Source of the DNA: Hydrurus foetidus
Taxonomy: Eukaryota
Length of the DNA: 64,000 bases
Direction of reading: 5' to 3'
Assembly (NCBI GenBank): GCA_900617105.1
Contig: UYFQ01000005.1
Span: 310,001 to 374,000 of the forward strand
Below, piece by piece: positions 10,661 to 19,834 of the stretch (position 1 is the first letter of the stretch; every line of letters begins with the position of its first letter). A program made the translations under genes and the position numbers. The notes under the pieces were generated by a model. That model made no database searches. It was not told the DNA's origin and saw only the letters and a program-made list of their open reading frames with translations.

Positions 10661-11838
10661 CAACGCCCCAGTTGAGTAAAAATTCGCGCTTCTTTGGGCT
10701 TGACACCCGTCAACTTCGGCAAGCCCTGGCGCAGACCTGGAAACACAGTGCAAATGCCCGTTTTTTTGCATGGTTAGCACCTGTTGTACCTTTGCGCGTG
10801 CGCTATCCCGACGGCCACGAACGCTTGTGGACAGGCGAAAAAATGGGCACCCACCCCATCAAACCCAACGAACTGCAGAACACACGGTTTCACGCCATCG
10901 TGCTACCTGACGATGCCGTGTTACACCGCAGCCTGCGCCTGCCACAGGCTGCAGCTACAGATGCTGCACAAGCAGTCGCACTTGAAGTCCAAGCAGTCAG
11001 CCCGTTTCGGCCAGATGACGTTATTTGGGGCTACCGCACCCAAACCACAAGCAGCCACCTGCACATCGACATCGCACTGACCTCCAGATCAGAGCTTGAA
11101 CGCCAGCTTGCCAACCCTAACGCCGCCGTCAATACAGCAACCAATCCTGAAATATGGGCACTGGATGCGCAAGGCCAACACCCGATCGTGTTCAACGGGT
11201 TTGGAGAGACATTACGGGCCAACTACGTCAAGGTGTGGCGCAGAGTACGCATGGGCCTGGTGCTCACCGCTTTGGCTTTGGCGATGGCTACAGCCATCAC
11301 CCCAACCCTGCAGCTGCGCGAACGCGCCATTGAAGCCGCTGCCGCATATGGTCAGTTAGCCCAAAAAACAGCCCCCTTGCTGAGTCAACGTGAAGGCTTG
11401 GTCAAAGCAACAGAGCACATCAAGGAACTTGAACGCACCGTGGCGAGTCACATCAACCCCGTACAAGCCATGGAGTTGTTGACGCGCACATTACCAGACG
11501 ACACCTCACTGCTTACCCTCCAGATACAGGGCCTCAAAGTTACCCTGAGCGGTCAAACACCCAGCGCCCCAACCCTGATGAAGCGCTTGAGCGCGGAACC
11601 CTGGATTCGCAACGTCCAAGCACCACAAGCGGCCACACGCCCTCTGGGCTCCAACAAAGACAGCTTCAACATTGAGTTTGAATTCAACACCCAAGCCTTG
11701 ATGGAACCCTCCAGCACCGCCATCACGTCAACCGTGACAGCGTCTCTTACCCCAACAAGCACAACGGTCGCCACAGCAACAACCGCGACGTCGGCACCCC
11801 CCCTCAAAGCGTTGCCACCTGGAAAGCCTGCACCATGA
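10657..11838 (+). CDS. gspL: GspL/PilN-domain T2SS assembly protein
   Basis: SPF motif, single TM, coiled coil, LTRTLPDDT PilN-like domain; position in operon. Confidence 0.75.
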   Translation: MTTPQLSKNSRFFGLDTRQLRQALAQTWKHSANARFFAWLAPVVPLRVRYPDGHERLWTGEKMGTHPIKPNELQNTRFHAIVLPDDAVLHRSLRLPQAAATDAAQAVALEVQAVSPFRPDDVIWGYRTQTTSSHLHIDIALTSRSELERQLANPNAAVNTATNPEIWALDAQGQHPIVFNGFGETLRANYVKVWRRVRMGLVLTALALAMATAITPTLQLRERAIEAAAAYGQLAQKTAPLLSQREGLVKATEHIKELERTVASHINPVQAMELLTRTLPDDTSLLTLQIQGLKVTLSGQTPSAPTLMKRLSAEPWIRNVQAPQAATRPLGSNKDSFNIEFEFNTQALMEPSSTAITSTVTASLTPTSTTVATATTATSAPPLKALPPGKPAP

Positions 11839-12389
11839 AGCTTCGCGCACCTCGGGCCGATCTGGTCATCGCCTTCGGATTGCTTGTCACTCTGCTTTTG
11901 CTCGTTGCCGGTGCAGCCTTTTACACCATGCAGCGGCATCAGACTGTTCAAAATCAACTCTCAGATTTGGAGCCGCGCTACGCTCGCCTGCTAGGGCTAC
12001 AGGCCAGCGGCAAGGTTTTGGATGACATTCAAGCCAGTACGCAAAGTACATTGGCCCGCTACGTCTACCCTGCAAGCGCCGACAAAAGCCAAGCGGGTAA
12101 CGATGCCCAACAACGCTTGCGCGACACCTTCTCTAAAGCGGGCCTGCAAATCATGAGCAGCCAAGTATTGCCCCCCAAGGCAGATAAGTTTTTTGACCGC
12201 ATACCTGTCAGTCTGCGCCTAGAAGGTGACATCAGCCAACTTCAAAGCGCCCTGCTCATCTTGGCGGGACAGACACCCATGGTGTTGGTCGATAACTTCA
12301 TGATTCAAACCATAGGCTTGGTCAGGGCCGACACTGCGCAGCGATTGAGCATTCAATTCGACATTTCTGTATTGCGGGCACAACCATGA
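11835..12389 (+). CDS. gspM: GspM (XpsM-like) T2SS protein
   Basis: N-terminal TM, coiled coil, ferredoxin-like C-terminal region; position in operon. Confidence 0.75.
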   Translation: MKLRAPRADLVIAFGLLVTLLLLVAGAAFYTMQRHQTVQNQLSDLEPRYARLLGLQASGKVLDDIQASTQSTLARYVYPASADKSQAGNDAQQRLRDTFSKAGLQIMSSQVLPPKADKFFDRIPVSLRLEGDISQLQSALLILAGQTPMVLVDNFMIQTIGLVRADTAQRLSIQFDISVLRAQP

Positions 12390-13039
12390 TCCAGCGCCAT
12401 CTGAACATCTTGCTGGTACTGCTGAATGTGATGGTCGGTGCTGGTTTGGCTTATTTGTGGCTTGATAAGCAGGGGCAAATCCGCAATATCCATTGGCAAG
12501 CGCCTGCGGCGCAAAAGCCCCAACTGACCGCACCAGCCTTACCCAGCCCGACATGGAACGAATCGGATGTCAGTCGATTTTTGGCGATCGTTGATCGTCC
12601 GCTGTTCTCGCCCTCACGCCGCCAGCCGCCGCCGCCGCCACCGCCACCACCACCGCCGGTGGTAGACCCGCTTGACAGCGTGCAGCTTTACGGCATCTTT
12701 GCCAGCGCAGACTCGGGCGGCATTGTGGCGCGTATCGACGGCAAAATTCGCCGCGTACAGTTCAAAGAAAAAATTGGAGAATGGACGCTCAAGAGCGCCA
12801 AAGACCGTGATATCACCCTAGAGCGCGGCACTGAAACGCGCGTACTCAACCTCGCCCATGTTCGTGCACCAGCGCCTGCGCCCAAAGCCGCCCCAACAGC
12901 AACAGCAGCGCCAGGCCAGCCAGCAGCCCCTGCGGGTGGTACACAAGCCCAGCGTATGCAGCAAGAAGAACGTGAACGCGTTCGCATGCTCAACGAATTC
13001 CGCGCCAAAGTGGGCGCCCCCCTGATTCCTATGCCATGA
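12386..13039 (+). CDS. XpsN/GspC-like T2SS protein with poly-proline linker
   Basis: N-terminal TM, RPLFSPSRR followed by a proline run, HR-like domain; immediately before gspD. Confidence 0.65.
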   Translation: MIQRHLNILLVLLNVMVGAGLAYLWLDKQGQIRNIHWQAPAAQKPQLTAPALPSPTWNESDVSRFLAIVDRPLFSPSRRQPPPPPPPPPPPVVDPLDSVQLYGIFASADSGGIVARIDGKIRRVQFKEKIGEWTLKSAKDRDITLERGTETRVLNLAHVRAPAPAPKAAPTATAAPGQPAAPAGGTQAQRMQQEERERVRMLNEFRAKVGAPLIPMP

Positions 13040-15303
13040 ACTTTATGCCTACCCATTCACGCACGCCCAACAGCCTCGCGCACCGCCTTGTCGCGCTGGC
13101 CATACTGAGCCTTGCTTCAGGCACGGCGACGCAAGCCGCAGGCATTGGCGCAAGCGATAGCCCTGCGAACGTCACCGAACCCCGCATCTTTCGAGGCAAC
13201 GACATTGTCTTCGCCCCACCTCGCGCAGGGCAAAAGCTAGAGGGGGCCGCCAACACCTACAAGTTTGAAGACGCGCCTCTGCTGGACATCGTTCACATGA
13301 TCATGCGCGATGTGGTCAAAGCTGATTACGTGGTCTACCCCCCCATTAATGGCAGCGTGACCCTGTCCACGGCCAAAGAAGTGGCTCCCGACCAAGCCCT
13401 GCAACTGCTGGAAAGCGCCTTGCAGGCCAACGGCATACTGATGGCCCGAGACCCACGCGGCACCTACCATATTGGGCGACCCGAAGCCCTCAAAGGGGTG
13501 GTACCTGGCGTGCGTCAAGCCACCAAAGACCCGTTACAACCCGGTTACGGCACCATTCTTGTCCCGCTTCAATATATAGGGGCTGCTGAGATGGCGAGCA
13601 TCCTCAAGCCCATGATGCCCCCTGAAGCGCTGGTGCGCGTGGACACCCTGCGCAACCTGCTGGTACTCGTAGGCAGCCGCACGCAAGCCGAAGGCTGGCT
13701 TGATTTAGTCCATACTTTTGACATAGACATGCTCAAAGGCATGTCTGTCGGCATGTTCCCTCTGCGCTATGCCACCGTGCGTGAAGTTGAATCGGCCATG
13801 CGCTTGTTGACCTCCGGCTCCGGTGGCGCTGCCAGCGCAGCAGCCCCGACGACAGCGAACGCATCGAGCGCAACCGGCGGCGGTTTAGCCGGGGCATTAG
13901 CCTTAGGCGGTGCGGCCAGCGCGTCCGACGTGAACAACGCCCTTGGGGGTATGCGCGTCATGCCCATTGAGCGCTTGAATGCCATTCTGATAGTCACCCC
14001 CCGCGCCTCGCAGCTGGACACAGCCCGCTCATGGATAGAGCGTTTAGACCGCCCCGGCACCAATGCCACAGAAGCGCAACTGCATGTGTACCCCGTTCAA
14101 AATGGCTCAGCCCGCAACCTCGCCAACGTGCTGAACGGCTTGTTTGGTCAAGGGGGCGGCACGACCAGCACAACCGCAGGAACCGGCGTGGCGCCAACCT
14201 TGGCCAGCACGACCAACACCACCAGCGGACTCTCAGGCTCGGCAAACACAAGCCTGAGCGCCAACCGCACCAGCCTTGGCACCCCGGCCAGCGGCACAAC
14301 CCCAAGCGCAGGTGTCACCTCGGTGAATCTAGGCAACGGGGTGCGGGTCATGGCTGACGAAATCAACAACGCCATTTTGGTCTATGGGCTGCACAGTGAT
14401 TACGACAAAATTGAGGCCGCCCTGCGCCGCCTTGATGTGCCCCCCGTACAAGTGCTGATAGAAGCCAGCATCATTGAAGTCACCCTGAGCGACGACTTGC
14501 AATACGGCTTGCAATGGGCCTTCAACGATAAATCACGCAACGGCCTGACGGGAAGCGGCATTCTCAGCCGCGCCGCAGGCGGCGTATTGGGCGGTGCGAC
14601 AGCGGGCTTTTCTTACAGCCTCAGCAACTCTTTGGGCAATGTGCGCGCAGTGCTGAACGCCTTGGCTGATAAATCCCTGCTGAATGTCATTTCCAGCCCC
14701 TCGCTGATGGTGATGGACAACAACACAGCATCCATCGCCGTGGGCAATCAGCAGCCCGTTCAGTCCGGGCAAACCATCAGCACAGGTGGCAACGTGTCCA
14801 GCAACATCACTTACAAAGACACGGGTGTCACGCTGGCCGTCACGCCTACGGTCAACGCGGGCAACGTCGTCACGCTGCAAATCGCCCAGGGCGTCACTGA
14901 TGTGGGGCAAATTGATACCGCTACCGGGCAACGCGCCTTCTTGCAGCGCCAGATCAACAGCAAAGTCGCCATCCGCTCAGGCGAGACCTTGGTACTGGGT
15001 GGTCTGATTCGCGAAAATGCAACATCTGGAAAAACCGGCATTCCCGGCTTGGTTGATATCCCCCTGCTGGGCAGTTTATTTGGCACAACCAGCATCAACA
15101 AGGCCAGAACCGAACTGTTGGTGGTCATCACCCCCCGAGTGGTTCGCTCAGACCAAGACATACAAGAAGTCAGCAGCGAGCTGCGCAACCGCATGAAAGG
15201 CTTCACACTGATGGATGCCTTGCCCAAAATACAAGGGTCTGCTGGCAGCAACCTGAACATCAACACCACGCCACTACCAAGCCCGGCACTGTCCAAGCCT
15301 TAA
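13036..15303 (+). CDS. gspD: Type II secretion secretin GspD
   Basis: N-domain repeats, QVLIEASIIEV, GETLVLGGLI, GIPGLVDIPLLGSLF, RTELLVVITPRVV. Confidence 0.95.
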   Translation: MNFMPTHSRTPNSLAHRLVALAILSLASGTATQAAGIGASDSPANVTEPRIFRGNDIVFAPPRAGQKLEGAANTYKFEDAPLLDIVHMIMRDVVKADYVVYPPINGSVTLSTAKEVAPDQALQLLESALQANGILMARDPRGTYHIGRPEALKGVVPGVRQATKDPLQPGYGTILVPLQYIGAAEMASILKPMMPPEALVRVDTLRNLLVLVGSRTQAEGWLDLVHTFDIDMLKGMSVGMFPLRYATVREVESAMRLLTSGSGGAASAAAPTTANASSATGGGLAGALALGGAASASDVNNALGGMRVMPIERLNAILIVTPRASQLDTARSWIERLDRPGTNATEAQLHVYPVQNGSARNLANVLNGLFGQGGGTTSTTAGTGVAPTLASTTNTTSGLSGSANTSLSANRTSLGTPASGTTPSAGVTSVNLGNGVRVMADEINNAILVYGLHSDYDKIEAALRRLDVPPVQVLIEASIIEVTLSDDLQYGLQWAFNDKSRNGLTGSGILSRAAGGVLGGATAGFSYSLSNSLGNVRAVLNALADKSLLNVISSPSLMVMDNNTASIAVGNQQPVQSGQTISTGGNVSSNITYKDTGVTLAVTPTVNAGNVVTLQIAQGVTDVGQIDTATGQRAFLQRQINSKVAIRSGETLVLGGLIRENATSGKTGIPGLVDIPLLGSLFGTTSINKARTELLVVITPRVVRSDQDIQEVSSELRNRMKGFTLMDALPKIQGSAGSNLNINTTPLPSPALSKP

Positions 15304-15430
15304 TTTAAAGTTTGGTTTGACTGCGCCATTGAAGCAGACAGCTTGAACTTCGTGTTTCAGCCGCTATCTTAACGCCAGCGAATCCGCTGATTTCACTAAA
15401 AACCTTTTTGAACCAAGGAGTTACCTGCCC

Positions 15431-15865
15431 ATGAAGAAACCGCAACGCCTGCTTGCACGCCCCCTGGTGCGCCGCATCACCCTGGCCGCCGCATTGGTCG
15501 CCACCCTGGCCTTTACCGGCTGCGCCACGGCCCCCGCACCCACACCCCAAGAACAGGTGAAGACGCTTGCCGCCAAGCGCTGGGAAGCGCTGATCGCGGG
15601 CAAGTGGGAAGACGCCTACGCCATGCTGGCCCCCAGCTACCGGGCAGTGACGTCGATCCAAGGCTACCGAGGTAAGTTTGGTGTGGGCGGCTGGAGCAAT
15701 GCAGAGGTTTTCAAAGTCACTTGCGAAACCGATAGCGCGTGCACGGCCCGTGTCGTCGTCACCGTCCAAATCCCAGCCATCACCCGCAACAACAAGGGGC
15801 TGGCAGCCCCCGTGGATGAGACCTGGGTAGAAGAAGACGGCAAATGGTGGTTCCTCGACAAGTAA
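15431..15865 (+). CDS. Lipoprotein of unknown function (candidate pilotin/accessory)
   Basis: Lipobox LAFTG-C; AGGAG RBS; lies between gspD and the surface-protein gene. Confidence 0.75.
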   Translation: MKKPQRLLARPLVRRITLAAALVATLAFTGCATAPAPTPQEQVKTLAAKRWEALIAGKWEDAYAMLAPSYRAVTSIQGYRGKFGVGGWSNAEVFKVTCETDSACTARVVVTVQIPAITRNNKGLAAPVDETWVEEDGKWWFLDK

Positions 15866-15967
15866 TTCACCTATACTCATTGGTGCGAGGGTCGCGGTTG
15901 GATGTGTGTAGTTTTCACAACATTGTGCCGCTGCACACCAAGCGACTGGTGTTATTTATTTTTCCTG

Positions 15968-16023
15968 TGCTACGATTGCTAGGCGTAAACAATCTTGGTA
16001 GTTGCGCTTACCAACTTTTTTTT
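15968..16023 (+). promoter_or_regulatory. Putative extended -10 promoter and leader hairpin of the surface-protein gene
   Basis: TGcTACGAT at 15968-15976; TTGGTAG/TTACCAA stem at 15995-16014 followed by a T-run. Confidence 0.35.
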
Positions 16024-16039
16024 AAAAATGGAGTTTTAA

Positions 16040-17950
16040 ATGAGAAAAAATGTTCTCTCTTTGAGCATCGCTGCCATGATTGGTGGCCTCGGTTTGGCTG
16101 GCGGCGCATCTGCTGCTGTATTTTCTGACACAGCCCCTATCGACGGTACTGTTGCAGCCATCGCAACCACTGCAACCAAACTTATTGTTGATAACACTGG
16201 TGTTGGTCACATTTTGGTTGTGCCTTACTTCAACGTGCAAAATGGCAATGTCACCACGTTCAACTTGGTGAACACCGACGGTGCTAACGGCAAGTTGGTC
16301 AAGGTTCGTATTCGCGGTGCTTCCAACTCTGACGACTTGCTTGACTTCCAAGTCTTCTTGTCGCCAAACGATGTGTGGACTGCTTCTATTGCAGCCAACA
16401 AAACCACCGGCATTTCAGAACTGACCACCAACGACAACAGCTGCACATTGCCTGCTGCAATGAAGGGTGTTACCGTTCCTTTTGGCACCGGTCGTTTGAA
16501 CCAAGCTCTGACCGGCGACACGCTCGCTAGCGAAACCCGCGAAGGTTACATTGAAATCCTGAACACCGCAGACGTCCCACCTGCAGCATTGGCTGGTCAA
16601 GGCTATGTTGGTGCGCTTGTGACTGGCAATCCTTTGTTCACAGCAATCAAACACGTGGCTGGAACAGCACCTTGTACTGCTGGCCCAATCAACGCAACAT
16701 TGGTTGATCCATTGCGTTCTACATCTGCGACAGCTAAAAATGCTGCAGCTGACGCAGTCGCCGCAGCTGCTTTGGTTGCTACCGAGAAAGCTGCATCCAC
16801 AATGGGCTTGACCGCTCCTAGCGGCCTTTTGTTTGCAAATTCGATCATTATCAATGTACCGAATACAACAACCTTCCCATCGGAAGCCATTGCTTTGCGC
16901 GCAGTCACAGCAGGCAATGTGACAGCAGTTGGTAATTTGATTCACTTCCCACAAGTGAATGCAACAGTTACCGCTACTATCGTTGGTGTTACTGTAGGTC
17001 AGTCTTCTCCGGTTGATGCAGTTACTGCTGATCCATTGTTCAGAACAACTCTGAACAGTGTGAAGCAAGTTTTGGGAGCAGCGGTACAAACCCCAGCAAC
17101 ATTGCCAATTTTGGCAACCAACATGTTGGATTTGCCTGATCTGTCAACACCTTACACGGTCATTGCAACACCTGTAGCAGCTGCCTTCCACGGTAGCCCT
17201 GCTGCATCGACTGTAGCTAGCAATGCTTCATTGTTGGCTTTGGAACAAGCTGCACACATTACTGCTGCTTTGTCCGCTAAGTCTGTAATGAACGAAATTT
17301 TGGGTAGCACTGGTATTGCTGCTAAAACGGATTGGGTATTCTCTATGCCTACACGCCGTTACAGCGTGGCCCAGAATTACGCTTGGGTTTCCACTGCTGC
17401 CACCGGTGGCTCTGATGGCCGTGTATTCACCAACTACGATGTAGCTCAAGTAGCTCCTATCACTGCTGCTGATTACGCTTTCCCCTTCTTTGCACCTGCA
17501 AACACAACTGTGAGCGGTTCGCAAATTTGCGTGAAAGGCATCACTTCATCGTCGTTTGACCAGTCCGAAGTAGGTGTGGTTGTTTCTACCGCTGCGTCGT
17601 TCTCACCTCCTGGCGCGGCTGCACCTGGTGTGATCTGGTGCGGTGAAACCAACGTGTTGAGCTTCAACGCTGGCACAAGCACCACAGCTTCCGTTTTGGG
17701 TGCTAAGGTTGCACGTCAGAACGTGAACACCACGACCGGCTTAGACGGTTGGGTTTCTCTGAACACTGCATACGCTGGTTCCAAAACCGCTACTGCTGTT
17801 TATGCTTTTGACGCAGGCACTGCTGCCATTGCTGCTCCAACTGGTTTGCCAGTTGTTGGTAGCGCCTACATGCAAGCATCTAACGCTGCTGCAACCGCAG
17901 GTACTTCTGGTACTTACGGCGTGCGTTTCTTGCACCGTTTCACGCGTTAA
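16040..17950 (+). CDS. Secreted Ala/Thr/Gly-rich cell-surface protein, probable S-layer subunit
   Basis: Sec signal (..GGASA), GHILVVPYF..NLVNTD..KVRIRGASNSDDLLDFQVFLSPNDVWT, few charged residues, GCT/ACT/GGT-rich codons suggesting high expression, own terminator. Confidence 0.7.
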   Translation: MRKNVLSLSIAAMIGGLGLAGGASAAVFSDTAPIDGTVAAIATTATKLIVDNTGVGHILVVPYFNVQNGNVTTFNLVNTDGANGKLVKVRIRGASNSDDLLDFQVFLSPNDVWTASIAANKTTGISELTTNDNSCTLPAAMKGVTVPFGTGRLNQALTGDTLASETREGYIEILNTADVPPAALAGQGYVGALVTGNPLFTAIKHVAGTAPCTAGPINATLVDPLRSTSATAKNAAADAVAAAALVATEKAASTMGLTAPSGLLFANSIIINVPNTTTFPSEAIALRAVTAGNVTAVGNLIHFPQVNATVTATIVGVTVGQSSPVDAVTADPLFRTTLNSVKQVLGAAVQTPATLPILATNMLDLPDLSTPYTVIATPVAAAFHGSPAASTVASNASLLALEQAAHITAALSAKSVMNEILGSTGIAAKTDWVFSMPTRRYSVAQNYAWVSTAATGGSDGRVFTNYDVAQVAPITAADYAFPFFAPANTTVSGSQICVKGITSSSFDQSEVGVVVSTAASFSPPGAAAPGVIWCGETNVLSFNAGTSTTASVLGAKVARQNVNTTTGLDGWVSLNTAYAGSKTATAVYAFDAGTAAIAAPTGLPVVGSAYMQASNAAATAGTSGTYGVRFLHRFTR

Positions 17951-17979
17951 TTCGCGGCTGGCCTAGTGCCAGTTGATTC

Positions 17980-18011
17980 AAAAAAGGCGGGGTTTACCTC
18001 GCCTTTTTTTT
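17980..18011 (+). terminator. Rho-independent terminator after the surface-protein gene
   Basis: AAAAAAGGCG-GGGTTTACCT-CGCCTTTTTTTT. Confidence 0.85.
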
Positions 18012-18091
18012 GGTTTGATTTTTACCAAATACAAGCTCCGCTTACATGCGCTGAAGCTTGCGGATATTCGTTTTTTTACCCCTGTCTACCC

Positions 18092-18976
18092 ATGTTTAAT
18101 CGCAACTTGAAGACCTGCTTTGCATTCGCTGGTCTTACCGCATGCATCGCTTTGTCATTCGCGCCCTCTGCGCGCGCACAGGTTCTGGTGCAGGGCGCAG
18201 GCGTTACGGTAACCGTGAACGACCTGCTGGCCGAAACGCAGCGTATTGCGCCTGAAGCGCGCAAAGAATTACTTTCAAACGCCAATCAAATTGCCCTGTT
18301 GGCTGGAAACCTGTACGCCCGCCGCCAACTTGCAAACAGCGCTCGCCAAACGGCAACCGATGACCCCGTCACACTGGCCGCGCTGCAACTGGCGCAAGAC
18401 CGCTACCTCTCAGACGTGCAACTCCAGCGCTTGGACGATGCCGCTAAACCCAGTGATGCGGTGCTTGAGAAGCTGGCACGTACCACCTACAAAGCAGAGC
18501 CCAAACGCTTCACGCGCCCTGAAGAAATTCGGGTCAGTCACATTCTCATTAAAACGGATACGCCTGATGCGAAGGCTAAAGCTGAAGACCTGCTGCGCCA
18601 GTTACGCGCTGGGGCCAGCTTTGAAGCAATGGCCCGTGAGCACTCCACTGACACGGGTAGCGCGGCCAAGGGTGGCGATTTAGGCTTTGTCGTCCGTGGC
18701 CGTACTGTGCCCCCCTTTGAGGCTGCGGCCTTCGCTCTCAAAACACCAGGGGAGCTGACAGGCCCTGTGGAAAGCCAATTTGGCCAGCACATCATTCGCT
18801 TGGAAGAGCGCCGACCTGGTGCTTTGCGCCCGTTTGAAGAAGTGCGTGGTACGCTGATGCAAGAGGCCGCCAAAAGGGTCGTAGACCAAGCCCGTAACGA
18901 AGAAGATGCACGTCTGCGCCAATTGGCCAAGGTGGACACTTCGGCGGTTGAGGCTTTCGCCAAAAGCCAAAAGTAA
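18092..18976 (+). CDS. Periplasmic parvulin-type peptidyl-prolyl isomerase
   Basis: Signal peptide; VSHILIK, SFEAMAREHSTDTGSAAKGGDLG, FEAAAFAL, ESQFGQHII. Confidence 0.9.
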   Translation: MFNRNLKTCFAFAGLTACIALSFAPSARAQVLVQGAGVTVTVNDLLAETQRIAPEARKELLSNANQIALLAGNLYARRQLANSARQTATDDPVTLAALQLAQDRYLSDVQLQRLDDAAKPSDAVLEKLARTTYKAEPKRFTRPEEIRVSHILIKTDTPDAKAKAEDLLRQLRAGASFEAMAREHSTDTGSAAKGGDLGFVVRGRTVPPFEAAAFALKTPGELTGPVESQFGQHIIRLEERRPGALRPFEEVRGTLMQEAAKRVVDQARNEEDARLRQLAKVDTSAVEAFAKSQK

Positions 18977-19039
18977 ACACTTTGACCAGTCGCCCTCCGC
19001 TGCCTTGTGGCCCCTACCGTGACCTGTACCTGATGACCC

Positions 19040-19834
19040 ATGTTGTTTGACGAGTTTGCTGCGCTGTGGCGCGCACGCGCCCTGCTGCGCGTACTGACCC
19101 AGCGCGAAGTGCTGGCCCGCTATACCGGGGCCGCAGGTGGGCTGGGTTGGGCTTATGCGCAGCCTGTGCTGACCCTGGCGGCCTACTACTTGGTGTTTGA
19201 CGTGGTGTTCAACATGCGGCTGGGGGAGCTGGCGCCTACGCGATCGGTGGGTGTTTTTTTGGTGGTGGGTGTTTTGCCTTGGATGGCGTTCAGTGATGCG
19301 CTACAACGTGGCATGGGCAGCTTGCTGGAAGTGGGCAGCTTGCTGCAAAAAAACCCCTTGCCCCCCATACTCTTCCCAGCCCGCAGCCAGTTGGCCAGCA
19401 TGGTGGTATTTGCGCCCTTGATGCTGCTCATGGCGCTGGGGTATGGCATGGGTCGTGGTGTGGCATGGAGCCATGCCGCGCTTTTGCCTGTGTTCATGCT
19501 GCAATGTGCGCTGAGCATGGTACTGGGGTACTTGCTGGCTATCTTGGCTGCTGCACTGCGTGATGTGGTGCAAATTGTCAGCTTTGTGCTGTCCATTGGC
19601 ACTTTTTGCTCACCTATTTTGTTCCCTATGGCCATGTTCCCTGCGGCTTGGCAATGGGTGCTGTGGCTCAACCCCATGACACCGTTCGTGCTGGCCTACC
19701 AAGCTATTTTGCTCGAAGGCATGTGGCCTGTGTGGCCTGCCATCATCGCCATGGTGGTGTGGCTGGTGGTGGGTGGTGGTGCGTTGGCGCTGGCGCTGCG
19801 GCGCAGCCGCGATCAACTGGTGGACTGGCTGTGA
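19040..19834 (+). CDS. wzm: Wzm-type polysaccharide ABC transporter permease
   Basis: REVLARYTG..LGWAYAQP, SPILFP, WLNPMT ABC-2 motifs. Confidence 0.9.
   Translation: MLFDEFAALWRARALLRVLTQREVLARYTGAAGGLGWAYAQPVLTLAAYYLVFDVVFNMRLGELAPTRSVGVFLVVGVLPWMAFSDALQRGMGSLLEVGSLLQKNPLPPILFPARSQLASMVVFAPLMLLMALGYGMGRGVAWSHAALLPVFMLQCALSMVLGYLLAILAAALRDVVQIVSFVLSIGTFCSPILFPMAMFPAAWQWVLWLNPMTPFVLAYQAILLEGMWPVWPAIIAMVVWLVVGGGALALALRRSRDQLVDWL

Noticed and set aside
12626..12658. CCG/CCA microsatellite
   Set aside because: Encodes the poly-proline linker of the XpsN-like protein; in frame and with mixed codons
15363..15379. gctat-N7-ccagc upstream of the lipoprotein
   Set aside because: No matching body; more likely part of a promoter
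19606..19830. Long N-terminal extension of wzt in the ORF track
   Set aside because: Overlaps wzm; GTG at 19831 coupled to the wzm stop is the plausible start
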